From positions 672,001 to 736,000 of the forward strand of contig OZ245020.1 of the NCBI GenBank assembly GCA_965223865.1: a DNA stretch of 64,000 bases, given 5' to 3'. Positions 1-9,612 of this stretch are shown piece after piece. Numbering within the stretch: the stretch's first letter is position 1; each line of letters starts with the position of its first letter. A model generated the notes under the pieces. The model was not told the origin of the DNA, made no database searches, and saw only the letters and a program-made list of their open reading frames with translations. The position numbers and the translations under genes are program-made. The stretch is from Nitrosarchaeum sp. GTDB lineage: Archaea > Thermoproteota > Nitrososphaeria > Nitrososphaerales > Nitrosopumilaceae.

Positions 1-1281
1 AACCAGTTTCAAGACACTGACGGCTGCCCAGATTCTGTAACTGACTATAAACTAACAGCTGATTCTGACGGAGATGGAATTATTGATAACCTTGACTTAT
101 GTCCAAATCAACCAGAAACATTCAATGATTTCCAAGACACTGACGGCTGCCCTGACGATGTTTCCTATTTAAACGACTCTGACAGAGATGGTATTTCTGA
201 TAACCTTGACTCTTGTCCTGGAATACCTGAAACATTCAATGGTATAGACGATAAGGACGGCTGCCCAGATTCTGTATCTGATGATCTTGATACATTCCAA
301 TTACCAGATTCTGACGGTGATGGAATCGAAGACAGACGAGATTCTTGTATTTCAGAACCTGAAAACTATAACCGATACTTGGATTGGGACGGCTGCCCTG
401 ACGTTCCAGGATTTTACTCTCCTGGTCTTATGGATTCTGATTATGATAATATCCCAGATCATATAGATGATTGTCCAACATTAGCTGAGAATTACAACAA
501 ATTCCAAGATGAAGATGGCTGTCCTGATGTAGTTGATTATGAATCCTCTGCTGATGCAGACTATGATGGTGTTCCAGATAACATTGATCAATGTCCATAT
601 GCTAGAGAAACTTACAACAGATTACAAGACACTGACGGCTGCCCAGATTCTGTAACTGACTATAAACTAACAGCTGATTCTGACGGAGATGGAATTATTG
701 ATAACCTTGACTTATGTCCAAATCAACCAGAAATATTCAATGATTTCCAAGACACTGACGGCTGCCCAGATCAATATTCCTCAACTATTGATAGTGATCA
801 AGACGGAATACCAAATGTAATTGATTCATGTCCAAAAGAGCCTGAAACTTATAATTACTTCCAAGATGAAGACGGCTGCCCAGATGCAGTACCTGATGAT
901 CTAGCAGATTATACATTCCCCGATACTGACGGTGATGGAATTGAGGATAGAAAAGATCAATGTATTACTGATGCTGAAAACTTTAACGGATACTTGGATT
1001 GGGATGGCTGCCCTGACGTTCCAGGTGCAAAATCTACTGATTCAACAAAGCCAGACTCTGACGGTGATGGCTATCCTGATGTAGTTGATTCATGTCCTAC
1101 AAACCCAGAAACTTGGAACAAGTATAAAGACACTGACGGCTGCCCAGATACTGCTCCCGAACAACAAAGATTTGTTCATGATGATGATCTCGATGACATC
1201 ATCAATGATGAAGACATGTGTCCGCTAGACCCTGAAGATTACGACGGAGACAGAGATACTGATGGTTGTCCTGATAATTAG
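1..1281 (+). CDS. Thrombospondin type-3 repeat (Ca-binding) surface protein, 5'-truncated by the window edge
   Basis: Frame +1 is open from base 1 (NQFQDTDGCPDS...) to TAG at 1279-1281. Repeated DxDxDG..D..DxCP...E..N...DxDGCPD units. The ORF track starts it only at 379. Confidence 0.9.
   Translation, partial: NQFQDTDGCPDSVTDYKLTADSDGDGIIDNLDLCPNQPETFNDFQDTDGCPDDVSYLNDSDRDGISDNLDSCPGIPETFNGIDDKDGCPDSVSDDLDTFQLPDSDGDGIEDRRDSCISEPENYNRYLDWDGCPDVPGFYSPGLMDSDYDNIPDHIDDCPTLAENYNKFQDEDGCPDVVDYESSADADYDGVPDNIDQCPYARETYNRLQDTDGCPDSVTDYKLTADSDGDGIIDNLDLCPNQPEIFNDFQDTDGCPDQYSSTIDSDQDGIPNVIDSCPKEPETYNYFQDEDGCPDAVPDDLADYTFPDTDGDGIEDRKDQCITDAENFNGYLDWDGCPDVPGAKSTDSTKPDSDGDGYPDVVDSCPTNPETWNKYKDTDGCPDTAPEQQRFVHDDDLDDIINDEDMCPLDPEDYDGDRDTDGCPDN
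10..767 (+). repeat. 143-bp near-perfect direct repeat inside the TSP3 gene (10-152 and 625-767)
   Basis: Copies are 615 bp apart and identical except C119 versus T734. Confidence 0.9.
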
Positions 1282-1321
1282 ATTGACACAGTAAATATAT
1301 TCAAACTTTAAAATCACTCTA

Positions 1322-2290
1322 ATGTTACCACATTTTTCAAGTAGGGTTTTTCTTGCTCCAATGGCAGGAGTAAGCGATCCTGCACTTAGATTACAATGTA
1401 AAAAGATGGGAGCAGGATTAGTTGTAACAGAATTTACTAGTATTCATAGTATTATAGCAAAAGAACAACAATTCAAAGAAAATCAAAAAACTATTCAAGA
1501 ATTCATTGAATTTTCTGAAAAAGAAAGACCCATATCAGTTCAATTATTTGGCTCTGACCTTTTAGCTTTAGAAAAAGCAGCAAAAATTGTAGAACCATTT
1601 TTTGATATTATTGATTATAATATGGGATGCCCTGCTCCGCACATTACAAAACAAATGGCGGGTGGTGCTCTCTTACAGGAAATAAATCTAACAAAACAAA
1701 TTTTTATCACCTTGAAAAAAGCTGTAAAAAAACCTGTTACTCTAAAAATTCGTTCTGGTGTTACAGATACCAGTAAGTATCTTTTCAAAGAAATTGCACA
1801 AATTGCTGAAGATGAAAAAATAGATATGATCACTCTTCATCCTAGAACCGTTAGTCAGGGATATTCTGGTAAATCTGATTGGAAAATGATTAAAGAACTT
1901 AAAGAAATTTTAAAAATTCCTATTGTTGGAAATGGTGATATCACAACACCAGAGGATGCTCAATCTATGATAGATGAAACCGGATGTGATTATATAATGA
2001 TAGGAAGAGGTGCAATGGGAAATCCATTCTTATTTGAGCAGGTTAATGATTACCTAAAAACAGGTTCTTACAAAAAATATTCTTTTAAAGACAGATTAGA
2101 CTGTTTTTTTGATTATCTAAATTTAACAAATAATTACAGAATTAAATTCGCAAATATTAAGGGACAGGCTATACGCTTTACAAAAGGCATGGTTGGTGGA
2201 ACCAAACTAAGATCAAGAATATCTAAGTCAAAAAATTTGGAAGAATTAAAAAAAATTATGAATGAATCATATTCTTCTACTAACTTATAG
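1322..2290 (+). CDS. dus: tRNA-dihydrouridine synthase
   Basis: LAPMAG, DYNMGCP, TLKIRSG, ITLHPRT, GNGDI and MIGRGA motifs. Confidence 0.93.
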   Translation: MLPHFSSRVFLAPMAGVSDPALRLQCKKMGAGLVVTEFTSIHSIIAKEQQFKENQKTIQEFIEFSEKERPISVQLFGSDLLALEKAAKIVEPFFDIIDYNMGCPAPHITKQMAGGALLQEINLTKQIFITLKKAVKKPVTLKIRSGVTDTSKYLFKEIAQIAEDEKIDMITLHPRTVSQGYSGKSDWKMIKELKEILKIPIVGNGDITTPEDAQSMIDETGCDYIMIGRGAMGNPFLFEQVNDYLKTGSYKKYSFKDRLDCFFDYLNLTNNYRIKFANIKGQAIRFTKGMVGGTKLRSRISKSKNLEELKKIMNESYSSTNL

Positions 2291-2427
2291 ATTTTAATAA
2301 AATTTCAGAAATTCTTTACATTTTTACATATTTTATTATCCAAGTATGAATTTATTTAAAAGAAATCAACTATTCTTATATATTTCAAAAAGCCAATTTA
2401 TTTATGAACAAGAGAGATGAATCATAA

Positions 2428-2667
2428 TTGGCTACTTCGTACGTACTCATAAATTGTGAATTAGGATCAGAAGAAGCAGTGATTTCAGAACTGAAGTCCA
2501 TTGAAGGCGTTGTTGAAGTTCATGGTACATTTGGTGCATATGATATATTGGCAAAAGTTGAGTCAAGTCAAGTTGAAACCCTTCGAGAAACAATTACTTG
2601 GAAAATTAGAAAAATTCCAAAAATTAGATCTACATTAACTCTTATGGGAATAGAAGGACAGCAATAA
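2428..2667 (+). CDS. Stand-alone Lrp/AsnC ligand-binding (RAM) domain protein
   Basis: YVLINCELG...GTFGAYDILAKVE pattern, no HTH, TTG start. Confidence 0.85.
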   Translation: MATSYVLINCELGSEEAVISELKSIEGVVEVHGTFGAYDILAKVESSQVETLRETITWKIRKIPKIRSTLTLMGIEGQQ

Positions 2668-2677
2668 ATTAAACATC

Positions 2678-3070
2678 TTATTTTCCAAAAAACTCGCTCC
2701 ACTCCTTTCCTATAACTTGAATTATCTTGTAAGCTAATCTATCAATATTTATGTTAGGCTCTGCTGTTATCAAAAGAATAAATTTTTTTAAAGGAAAACT
2801 CATCATTACTAATTTCTCACGTCTTGATGCTGAATATTTTACCCCTCCCATAGAATAATCAAATTTTTGTCGAGTAGATACTCTGATTGCTAACTCTCTA
2901 TAGATTTTTCTTTGTTCATCATCTTTTTCAAATGGAATTATGCCTTCTCGAAATTTTCCCTTGATCAAATTTCCCTCAAGATCAATAAATCCTGCAAATC
3001 GAATATCTTTCTCAATAAAAATTTCATCGAGTTTTTCTTGAAAAAACTCATCACTCTTTTCATCAAACAT
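2678..3070 (-). CDS. Roadblock/LC7-like thaumarchaeal protein (DUF6659-like)
   Basis: IRFAGFID.EGNLI.G..REG....RREKLVMMSFPL pattern. Confidence 0.6.
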   Translation of the reverse strand: MFDEKSDEFFQEKLDEIFIEKDIRFAGFIDLEGNLIKGKFREGIIPFEKDDEQRKIYRELAIRVSTRQKFDYSMGGVKYSASRREKLVMMSFPLKKFILLITAEPNINIDRLAYKIIQVIGKEWSEFFGK

Positions 3071-3492
3071 TAGTTTTAATCCTCATATTGAACGATACTT
3101 CTCATAATTTATCTATAGATGTACATAATGCTGATTAGCTTTTATACTTATTTTGTAAGAACAATACGCCCTTCAAAAACATGTCACCCAAAGTGATACC
3201 TCACTGAGAGGATTATTTGATTCCTCTCAGTAGTTAATATGACTACTTTTTCTTACTACTACCCTTACCATTTCCTTCAAGAATGGTAATCCTCCAACTA
3301 TGTCCTTAATCCATAAGATAGGCACTTGTTTTATCAATGTGACTGGTTGTCTCGATTCGTTTCATTTTCCTTTCTAAATCCCTATGATTTAAAAAAGATC
3401 AGACATTTTTATCTGAATTTTCTGTTACATTATCATATTGTGGTTATAATATAATCCTCTGAGCTTTTTAATTAAATACAAAAAAAATAAAC

Positions 3493-3669
3493 ATGAAAAA
3501 TGATGAGAAAAGATCCCATCGACTTAACTATCTTTTAAAATACTATCTAAGTAATCCTACGGAAAAAGATCTATTTCAACGAGCAAAACAGATGGGAGTC
3601 TCTGATTCCACAGCAAGAGATTACATTAGAACCGTAATAATTCAGGCTCAAAAAATCTATTCAAAATAA
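3493..3669 (+). CDS. Small HTH-like protein, 58 aa (not in ORF track)
   Basis: ATG 3493 to TAA 3669: MKNDEKRSHRLNYLLKYYLSNPTEKDLFQRAKQMGVSDSTARDYIRTVIIQAQKIYSK. AKQMGVSDSTARDYI resembles a helix-turn-helix. Confidence 0.65.
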   Translation: MKNDEKRSHRLNYLLKYYLSNPTEKDLFQRAKQMGVSDSTARDYIRTVIIQAQKIYSK

Positions 3670-3737
3670 CCCCTATTCATTAACCGTAATCTTAAACAAG
3701 GTAACTTCATAAATAATCGATAGGAGAGTAAAACCGC

Positions 3738-4442
3738 ATGTCCGATCCTCTTTTTGATGATGTCAAAGATTTGTTAGACAAAGAAAAGGGTGATGAAAGA
3801 ATCCTCAAACAAATTCTTAGGGCTTGTGAAAATGATGAAGTAATTAGTAATTATGAAAGAAATTATGTGAAAAAATTAGCCGAAAAGTACCTTGATCATA
3901 AATCTTTTGAAGAAAAGCCCCCAATTAAGAAACCTAGTATTCCTGATGTTGTTCTTTCTGAACCTACATCAATTCCAAAATCACAAACTTTCCAAAAAGA
4001 ATCGTCAAAAACGACAAAGTCTGAATCAAAAAATACAAAGATGATGTTAGGGCTTGGTGGTGTTGCATTAGTAATAATAATAGTTATTGCAATTACATCA
4101 ACAGGAATATCAGATGTGACTCTAAATACCGGAGAAACAAAACCGACCATTGCTTCTCCTTCCTCAACATCATTTTCACTTGAAACTGATTCGGATTCTT
4201 ATCAAACAAAAGATATTATTTCAATTAGTGGAAAATTCAAAAATTCTGGGATAATTAATCTTTCAATAGAAAAGCAAGATGGTACTCTAGTTTGGACTGA
4301 ACAATTGAAAACAAAGAATGATGGTAGATTTTCTACATTAGCTATTGCTGGCGGTCCCGGATGGGAAGAATCTGGCACGTTCACATTAAAGGCACAAAAT
4401 GATTCCCAAACAGAATCAAAGAAGTTTTCTTTTACTGCATAA
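3738..4442 (+). CDS. Single-pass membrane protein with C-terminal Ig-like extracellular domain
   Basis: Hydrophobic LGLGGVALVIIIVIAI segment followed by ETDSDSY..KDIISISG beta-rich domain. Confidence 0.7.
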   Translation: MSDPLFDDVKDLLDKEKGDERILKQILRACENDEVISNYERNYVKKLAEKYLDHKSFEEKPPIKKPSIPDVVLSEPTSIPKSQTFQKESSKTTKSESKNTKMMLGLGGVALVIIIVIAITSTGISDVTLNTGETKPTIASPSSTSFSLETDSDSYQTKDIISISGKFKNSGIINLSIEKQDGTLVWTEQLKTKNDGRFSTLAIAGGPGWEESGTFTLKAQNDSQTESKKFSFTA

Positions 4443-5016
4443 TATCTTCAAATTCTTTCCAATTTCTATCTACAAGTTCTCTTAATTTTTCAATTTTAAT
4501 TTCTTCCATGTATTCTCTATATACAATGAATCTATTTTGTTTTGTTGAATCATTTCCATAAATATCAGTAGTGTTGTTTGGAATTGCACCCATTTTCCAT
4601 TGATTCATTTCAAAAATCCACACTGATGCATCTGGATTTGAAAAATCAGCATCATCACAACCTATTATGTATAGATAGCATTTTGTAGCTTTGTTTAATT
4701 TTTCATATAATTTTTCATATGCAATCATTTGGCCTTTTGGAATGTTGATTTTATCATTGTGAAATCCCTTGAATTCTAAGATTACAAATCCTCCATTATG
4801 TTCTATTAACCAATCAATGTCTGTACCACCTGAAGTCATCATGCCATGAACAATCAAATCTCCTAGAACTTGTCTTCCTCGCGTAAATTCCGATTCGTCA
4901 AAAATTTGATATTTTGCCTTAGGACTCTTCCTTAAAATTTGTCGAGAATTGTCTTTCTTTGAGTTTTTTCCTTTATCATATAATGTGTCAATCAAATCAG
5001 ATGTTTCATTTTTCAT
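4432..5016 (-). CDS. Hypothetical protein with PD-(D/E)XK nuclease-like motif
   Basis: TDIDWLIE...VILEFK...GQ..AYE pattern. Confidence 0.55.
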   Translation of the reverse strand: MKNETSDLIDTLYDKGKNSKKDNSRQILRKSPKAKYQIFDESEFTRGRQVLGDLIVHGMMTSGGTDIDWLIEHNGGFVILEFKGFHNDKINIPKGQMIAYEKLYEKLNKATKCYLYIIGCDDADFSNPDASVWIFEMNQWKMGAIPNNTTDIYGNDSTKQNRFIVYREYMEEIKIEKLRELVDRNWKEFEDIMQ

Positions 5017-5087
5017 GAAAAGTCTTTTTGAATACTAAATGATAAAATAGTTTGTAAAATTAAGTAAAGCCTTCATCTATCTATATT

Positions 5088-5309
5088 CTAACGAGATAAA
5101 TATTCTCCTCCTGGACCTTTGTATAAAATAAAATACTCTTCAGGATTTTTCCGGTCTTTTTTTGCATCAAGTGCATCTTGATATCTTTCAAAATGTTCTA
5201 TAAAATATAATTGTCCTTCAGAATCTGAAAAATAATCAATCCCTACCAAATCAAAACCATTTTTTGGTGTCAATTTTATTATATCTTTTTTGAATTTATT
5301 ATCTAACAT
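5088..5309 (-). CDS. Hypothetical protein
   Basis: 73-aa ORF co-oriented downstream of tbp. Confidence 0.6.
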   Translation of the reverse strand: MLDNKFKKDIIKLTPKNGFDLVGIDYFSDSEGQLYFIEHFERYQDALDAKKDRKNPEEYFILYKGPGGEYLSR

Positions 5310-5344
5310 AAGAATTCATTATTAAATTATTTACAAAAAATGTT

Positions 5345-5908
5345 CTATTGATCATAAATCATTAGATTTTTTTCTTCCAATAATGCATGTAGATTATGAA
5401 CCGAACGATATACATCTGATTCTTTTTTAGCGCCAGTACAAACTAGTTTTCCAGAAGCAAATAGTAGGATAACCGTTTTCGGATCAAGCATTCTATGAAT
5501 TAATCCTGGAAATTGCTCTGGTTCATACATGCTTCTAGGTAAGGTACGAGCTGCTTTTTCTAAATGAATTTTTCCACCTAAATTAATTGCGGCAACAATA
5601 TTTTGAACTGTAACTATTGCGTCATTTTTTATTTTGATCTTACCTTTTCGTAATTTTTGAACTACCGTATTAACTGCCTTTATTGCCATCTCCTCAGATT
5701 TAGCCCCAGTACACACCATCTTACCAGTTCTAAAAATTAAAGTAGCAGTTCTAGGATTGCTTAATCTAAAAACTAATCCTGGAAATTGTTCAGGGTGATA
5801 TTCAGTATCTGGAAATTTTTCGGTAATTTCATTTAGATCAATTTTTTGGTCTACTGATGCTGATGCTACAACATTCTCAACACTGACTATTGGTTTAGTC
5901 TGAGGCAT
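5345..5908 (-). CDS. tbp: TATA-box binding protein
   Basis: Two repeats of NVVA/NIVA...Y.PEQFPGL...LIF.TGK.VCTGAK. Confidence 0.98.
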   Translation of the reverse strand: MPQTKPIVSVENVVASASVDQKIDLNEITEKFPDTEYHPEQFPGLVFRLSNPRTATLIFRTGKMVCTGAKSEEMAIKAVNTVVQKLRKGKIKIKNDAIVTVQNIVAAINLGGKIHLEKAARTLPRSMYEPEQFPGLIHRMLDPKTVILLFASGKLVCTGAKKESDVYRSVHNLHALLEEKNLMIYDQ

Positions 5909-5967
5909 GTCGAGGGATTTTAAATAGGCCCTTTATATATACTAGTCATATTTTTGCATAAAGAATT

Positions 5968-6423
5968 CTAATGATGTCCAATCCATTGGTATCTAAATTC
6001 CTCATCAATGATTTCTGTGATAAGATCTCTGTTTTTGATTCTAGATTTGGGTAAATTTACATCAAAGAATCCTAATTGACCTTTGTAAGGAATGGGTTCT
6101 CTTAATTTCTTAGCATTTTTTAACATGAATCCAAATTTTTTATTAAAATGTTGTTTTGATGCAAAATGAAATTTCTGATCATCTCTAATCTCTTTAATTG
6201 AATTGTATCTTTTCACATCATAGAGTTCTGCCTTGCCAATTATTGCCCCCGTGACAGATTTATTATTAATTTTTAATCTTTCACAATCTTCTTTTCTGAT
6301 CTTTAATGGTGAATGAATTAAAAACTCTCCACGAAAATTTGTATTCCATTTTCGTAATTCAATTGTTTTCTTTTTTGAAATAATTAAATCGGCAAATGGT
6401 TGAGAAACTGAAAGACATTTCAA
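5968..6423 (-). CDS. ASCH domain protein
   Basis: LSVSQPFADLII.KKKTIELRKW.T..RG..LIH and PIPYKGQLGFF. Confidence 0.9.
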   Translation of the reverse strand: MKCLSVSQPFADLIISKKKTIELRKWNTNFRGEFLIHSPLKIRKEDCERLKINNKSVTGAIIGKAELYDVKRYNSIKEIRDDQKFHFASKQHFNKKFGFMLKNAKKLREPIPYKGQLGFFDVNLPKSRIKNRDLITEIIDEEFRYQWIGHH

Positions 6424-6427
6424 GACT

Positions 6428-7987
6428 TTATTCTGTAGCTATTTTGATATATTCCCCAGGATTCTTGCCTCTTCCTTCAGGTAAATTAGTTATTCCTCCA
6501 TTCAAGCTCTCAGTAATAATTCCTTTACTTGCAAGAACATTGACTGCCATCAAAGATGTATTTCCCGCCATACATACCAGCAAAGATTTTCCTTTCGAGC
6601 CTTCTAGTTCCTTGGTTAATTCTTCAGGAATTTGCTGTGTTTGCAATAGTTGCCCTATTGTTCTTGCTTTAGGTACTGATATCTTTGATTTGTTCACTCC
6701 AAGGGATTTTGCAATAATCTCTATTCCCTCTTCTTTAGGTGTGTATTGAGTATGGACCCAAATAATCTTATCATACTCATCTACACTAGATGCTGCATCT
6801 TGTAAAGAGATCTGAGTACGATGTTGATTCTTTGACATCTCTTCAAGATTTTTCTTGTATTTGTCTATTCCATCTGCAATCATGACAACAAATTTTTTAG
6901 CATGGCCAAAGTTTGCTAATTGTATTACTGCATATAGTTCAAGTGCACTACTTTCACCAATGTCATAACCTTTGTCAACAAAAAATTTTAGCAGATGTTT
7001 TGCTTGATCAAAATCAATTTCATATTCTCCAACATAATCATCAGGTTTGTAATACTTTAATCCTGATGCTTTGTCTCTAGTTCTAATCCCTGCAACATCT
7101 TGTCCTGCTGGCGGAAAAACTACGTGAACAGATTTTCTTCCATATTTATCAGATACATATTTGTTCAAACCACCAGAAGTACCACCTGTGCCAAACGAAC
7201 AAACAATTTCAAAGTCTTCCAATGATTCTCCATTTTCATGTAATTGCTGGTCTATTTCAACTCCAGTAATAGTTCTATGTGCATCAATGTTAAGATCATT
7301 ATCATATTGTTCAGGACAGAATACTCCATAAATTTTTGACAGGAGTTTTGCCAAGTTAATGATATCTTGAGCAGCTAAAAGTGATTCTACTTCTGAGCTT
7401 GCATTATCAAAAACTATGGGATCAAAACCAAGTTCTGATAACTGTGAGCGAATATTTGCCGCAGTGGCCTTTGCAGCCAAAACATTTGGATTGTCTTTCA
7501 TCCCCGGAGCAGGGCATATGTCCATATCAAGGTCCATGATACGAATATCCTCATTTCTTAATTCTGTAAAAACACCTTCTTGCAATTTTCTAGAAACAAG
7601 GGAAACTACCGTTATGCCAAGCTTAGATAATTGTCCCAGAGCAATTCCAAAATTACCTGAAGTTGCCTCAATTACCATTTGTCCGCTTTTCAGTTTACCT
7701 GTAGCGATTGCATCGTGTATAATATGAACTGCAGGTCTTACTTTAATTGAGCCTGATAATAAATTCGAATCAAATTTTCCATAAACTTTTAGATCCTTAT
7801 CTGATAAATTTAGCTTGTAAACGCTTTTTGCACATTCCTTCAAATCCTCGGTAATATCAATTAGTGGTGTTGGGTTGACGACTTTTGTTTCATCTTGATT
7901 TTTTTCTAAATGAGGAATCTTACTCCATATCTTCTCTTCAAATTTCTCAAGAAGAACTGTGTCTACATCATTTCCTTGAGAATCCAT
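6428..7987 (-). CDS. PLP-dependent cysteine synthase-family enzyme with C-terminal rhodanese-like domain
   Basis: SGSIKVR (PLP Lys), EATSGNFG, GTGGT; C-terminal LLVCMAGNTS...SLNGGI. Confidence 0.8.
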   Translation of the reverse strand: MDSQGNDVDTVLLEKFEEKIWSKIPHLEKNQDETKVVNPTPLIDITEDLKECAKSVYKLNLSDKDLKVYGKFDSNLLSGSIKVRPAVHIIHDAIATGKLKSGQMVIEATSGNFGIALGQLSKLGITVVSLVSRKLQEGVFTELRNEDIRIMDLDMDICPAPGMKDNPNVLAAKATAANIRSQLSELGFDPIVFDNASSEVESLLAAQDIINLAKLLSKIYGVFCPEQYDNDLNIDAHRTITGVEIDQQLHENGESLEDFEIVCSFGTGGTSGGLNKYVSDKYGRKSVHVVFPPAGQDVAGIRTRDKASGLKYYKPDDYVGEYEIDFDQAKHLLKFFVDKGYDIGESSALELYAVIQLANFGHAKKFVVMIADGIDKYKKNLEEMSKNQHRTQISLQDAASSVDEYDKIIWVHTQYTPKEEGIEIIAKSLGVNKSKISVPKARTIGQLLQTQQIPEELTKELEGSKGKSLLVCMAGNTSLMAVNVLASKGIITESLNGGITNLPEGRGKNPGEYIKIATE

Positions 7988-8046
7988 GAAAAATCTTGAT
8001 TCGTAGCTACATTTAGAATTTACCTATATTATCCAAATTCTATTTA

Positions 8047-9612
8047 TTAATTCTCACTTAGAATTCCAAGAACCTTACTTGGAATATCGTTTAATCTACT
8101 TACAGCTAATGTTTTTTCATACCCTAAATATCTTAAATTCCCTGCAATCGTAGTAGCCCTGACTATATTTGGACCTAATCCAATAGCAACCATCTTAATT
8201 CCAAGTCCTTTCAAGGATTTTGTCATTATCCTTACAGCATTTGGATCAGATGGTTCCCCATCTGTTAAAGTTAAGAAAATATCTGGTCTTTTTGATTGTA
8301 AAATTGGAAACATCTTACTATAAACTTCTGCAAGTGGTGTTGAACCATTAGCTACTATTTGAGCCAACCGTTTTGCGGAGACATTATTCCATTTTACATT
8401 ATCTGGTTTTACTAACCAACAGACAACTGCTCTATTTTGTGTACTGAAAGCATAAACTGCAAATTTCACTTTAAGGTATGCAAGAACTTCGCACAAAGCT
8501 AAGGTTGCTTTTTTGTATTCTAGTGCATCAGATGCTATGCTAGAGGAGTGATCTAATAAAATTACAATTTTTATCTTTATTGATTTTTTAATATCTGTGA
8601 AAAATGGTTCGTGTCCTTCAATGTAATTTTCTTCATCAAATTCATCTCCACTTTTTACATGTTGTTCTTTCCAACCAGATTTCCATTCTTTAAATTTAGT
8701 TTTTAAACTATTTATCAAACTAATATCGTAAATTACAGTTTCATCTACATTATTTGTTGAGGGAATTTGAACACCAATTGCTTCAGGCGCTAATCCTTTG
8801 TTGTCGCTTTTTTTATTTTCATCCAATAATACTTGGTACTCACTGTAAACATTTTCTCCTCGTAAAGCTGCTTTAGGATCAATTTTTCCAAAATCCCCTT
8901 CTTTATTTTTTGAAATTACTGTAAGAAATTTGAGAAGTTCTTGCTCTGTTAAGGCCATTCCTGTTTTCATCAATGGTAATGAAACAGGAATTGTAAGGAG
9001 AGAATCAATATCTAAAATTTTTATTATTTCACTTACTCTCTTTTCTAACCATTCTGTATCATAATTTTTCTCTATTGCCTCATCAACAATTTTTTTGGCA
9101 AAAATTGATGCCTTCTTAATTCTCTCAAAATGACTAGATTGAACTTCTCCCTTCAAAGCTCCAAATATAAAATACTGATAAAATGCCTCTACAATCCTAG
9201 CTTTTCCATAAACTGTATGGAGTTGTGGTCTTGCCACTAACATATACGCATAATTAAATATGATTTCTTCATCCATTCCTCTCCAAACTCTTCTTCCCAA
9301 TTGTTCAATTCTCCTCGTTTCCATTGTGTTTAAAATAAATCCAAAGGCGTGATCATTGCTAAGAATTTTTTTACAAAATTTTATTCTCATTGCTTCATAC
9401 CATAATGTCGTTCTAAATTGTCTATATCTTTGAAAATCATTACCAATTCTTTTCTCAAGAGGTGTTAGGATCACTTTGTTTTCTTTTAATCTAGTTCTTG
9501 TTTCTACTTTGTCAGAAAATTCAACAACAATGTTTTCTTTTTGAGACCACCTTCTAACTAAAAATGTTGCAATCTCTACTAATGTTTCATTTCTTAAATG
9601 TAAAGACTGCAT
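8047..9612 (-). CDS. von Willebrand factor A domain protein (NorD/CbbO/CobT-like)
   Basis: MIDAS LLDHSSS, GSTPL, TLTDGEP; adjacent to MoxR ATPase. Confidence 0.85.
   Translation of the reverse strand: MQSLHLRNETLVEIATFLVRRWSQKENIVVEFSDKVETRTRLKENKVILTPLEKRIGNDFQRYRQFRTTLWYEAMRIKFCKKILSNDHAFGFILNTMETRRIEQLGRRVWRGMDEEIIFNYAYMLVARPQLHTVYGKARIVEAFYQYFIFGALKGEVQSSHFERIKKASIFAKKIVDEAIEKNYDTEWLEKRVSEIIKILDIDSLLTIPVSLPLMKTGMALTEQELLKFLTVISKNKEGDFGKIDPKAALRGENVYSEYQVLLDENKKSDNKGLAPEAIGVQIPSTNNVDETVIYDISLINSLKTKFKEWKSGWKEQHVKSGDEFDEENYIEGHEPFFTDIKKSIKIKIVILLDHSSSIASDALEYKKATLALCEVLAYLKVKFAVYAFSTQNRAVVCWLVKPDNVKWNNVSAKRLAQIVANGSTPLAEVYSKMFPILQSKRPDIFLTLTDGEPSDPNAVRIMTKSLKGLGIKMVAIGLGPNIVRATTIAGNLRYLGYEKTLAVSRLNDIPSKVLGILSEN

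Noticed and set aside
281-466. 61-aa ORF in the track
   Set aside because: Alternative-frame shadow of the TSP3 gene
1-1281. Recurrent GACACTGACGGCTGCCC units as a CRISPR array or a DGR template/variable pair
   Set aside because: They are in-frame codons of TSP3 repeats with irregular spacing. The one mismatch in the long duplicate is C/T rather than adenine-specific, and no cas or reverse transcriptase gene is visible.
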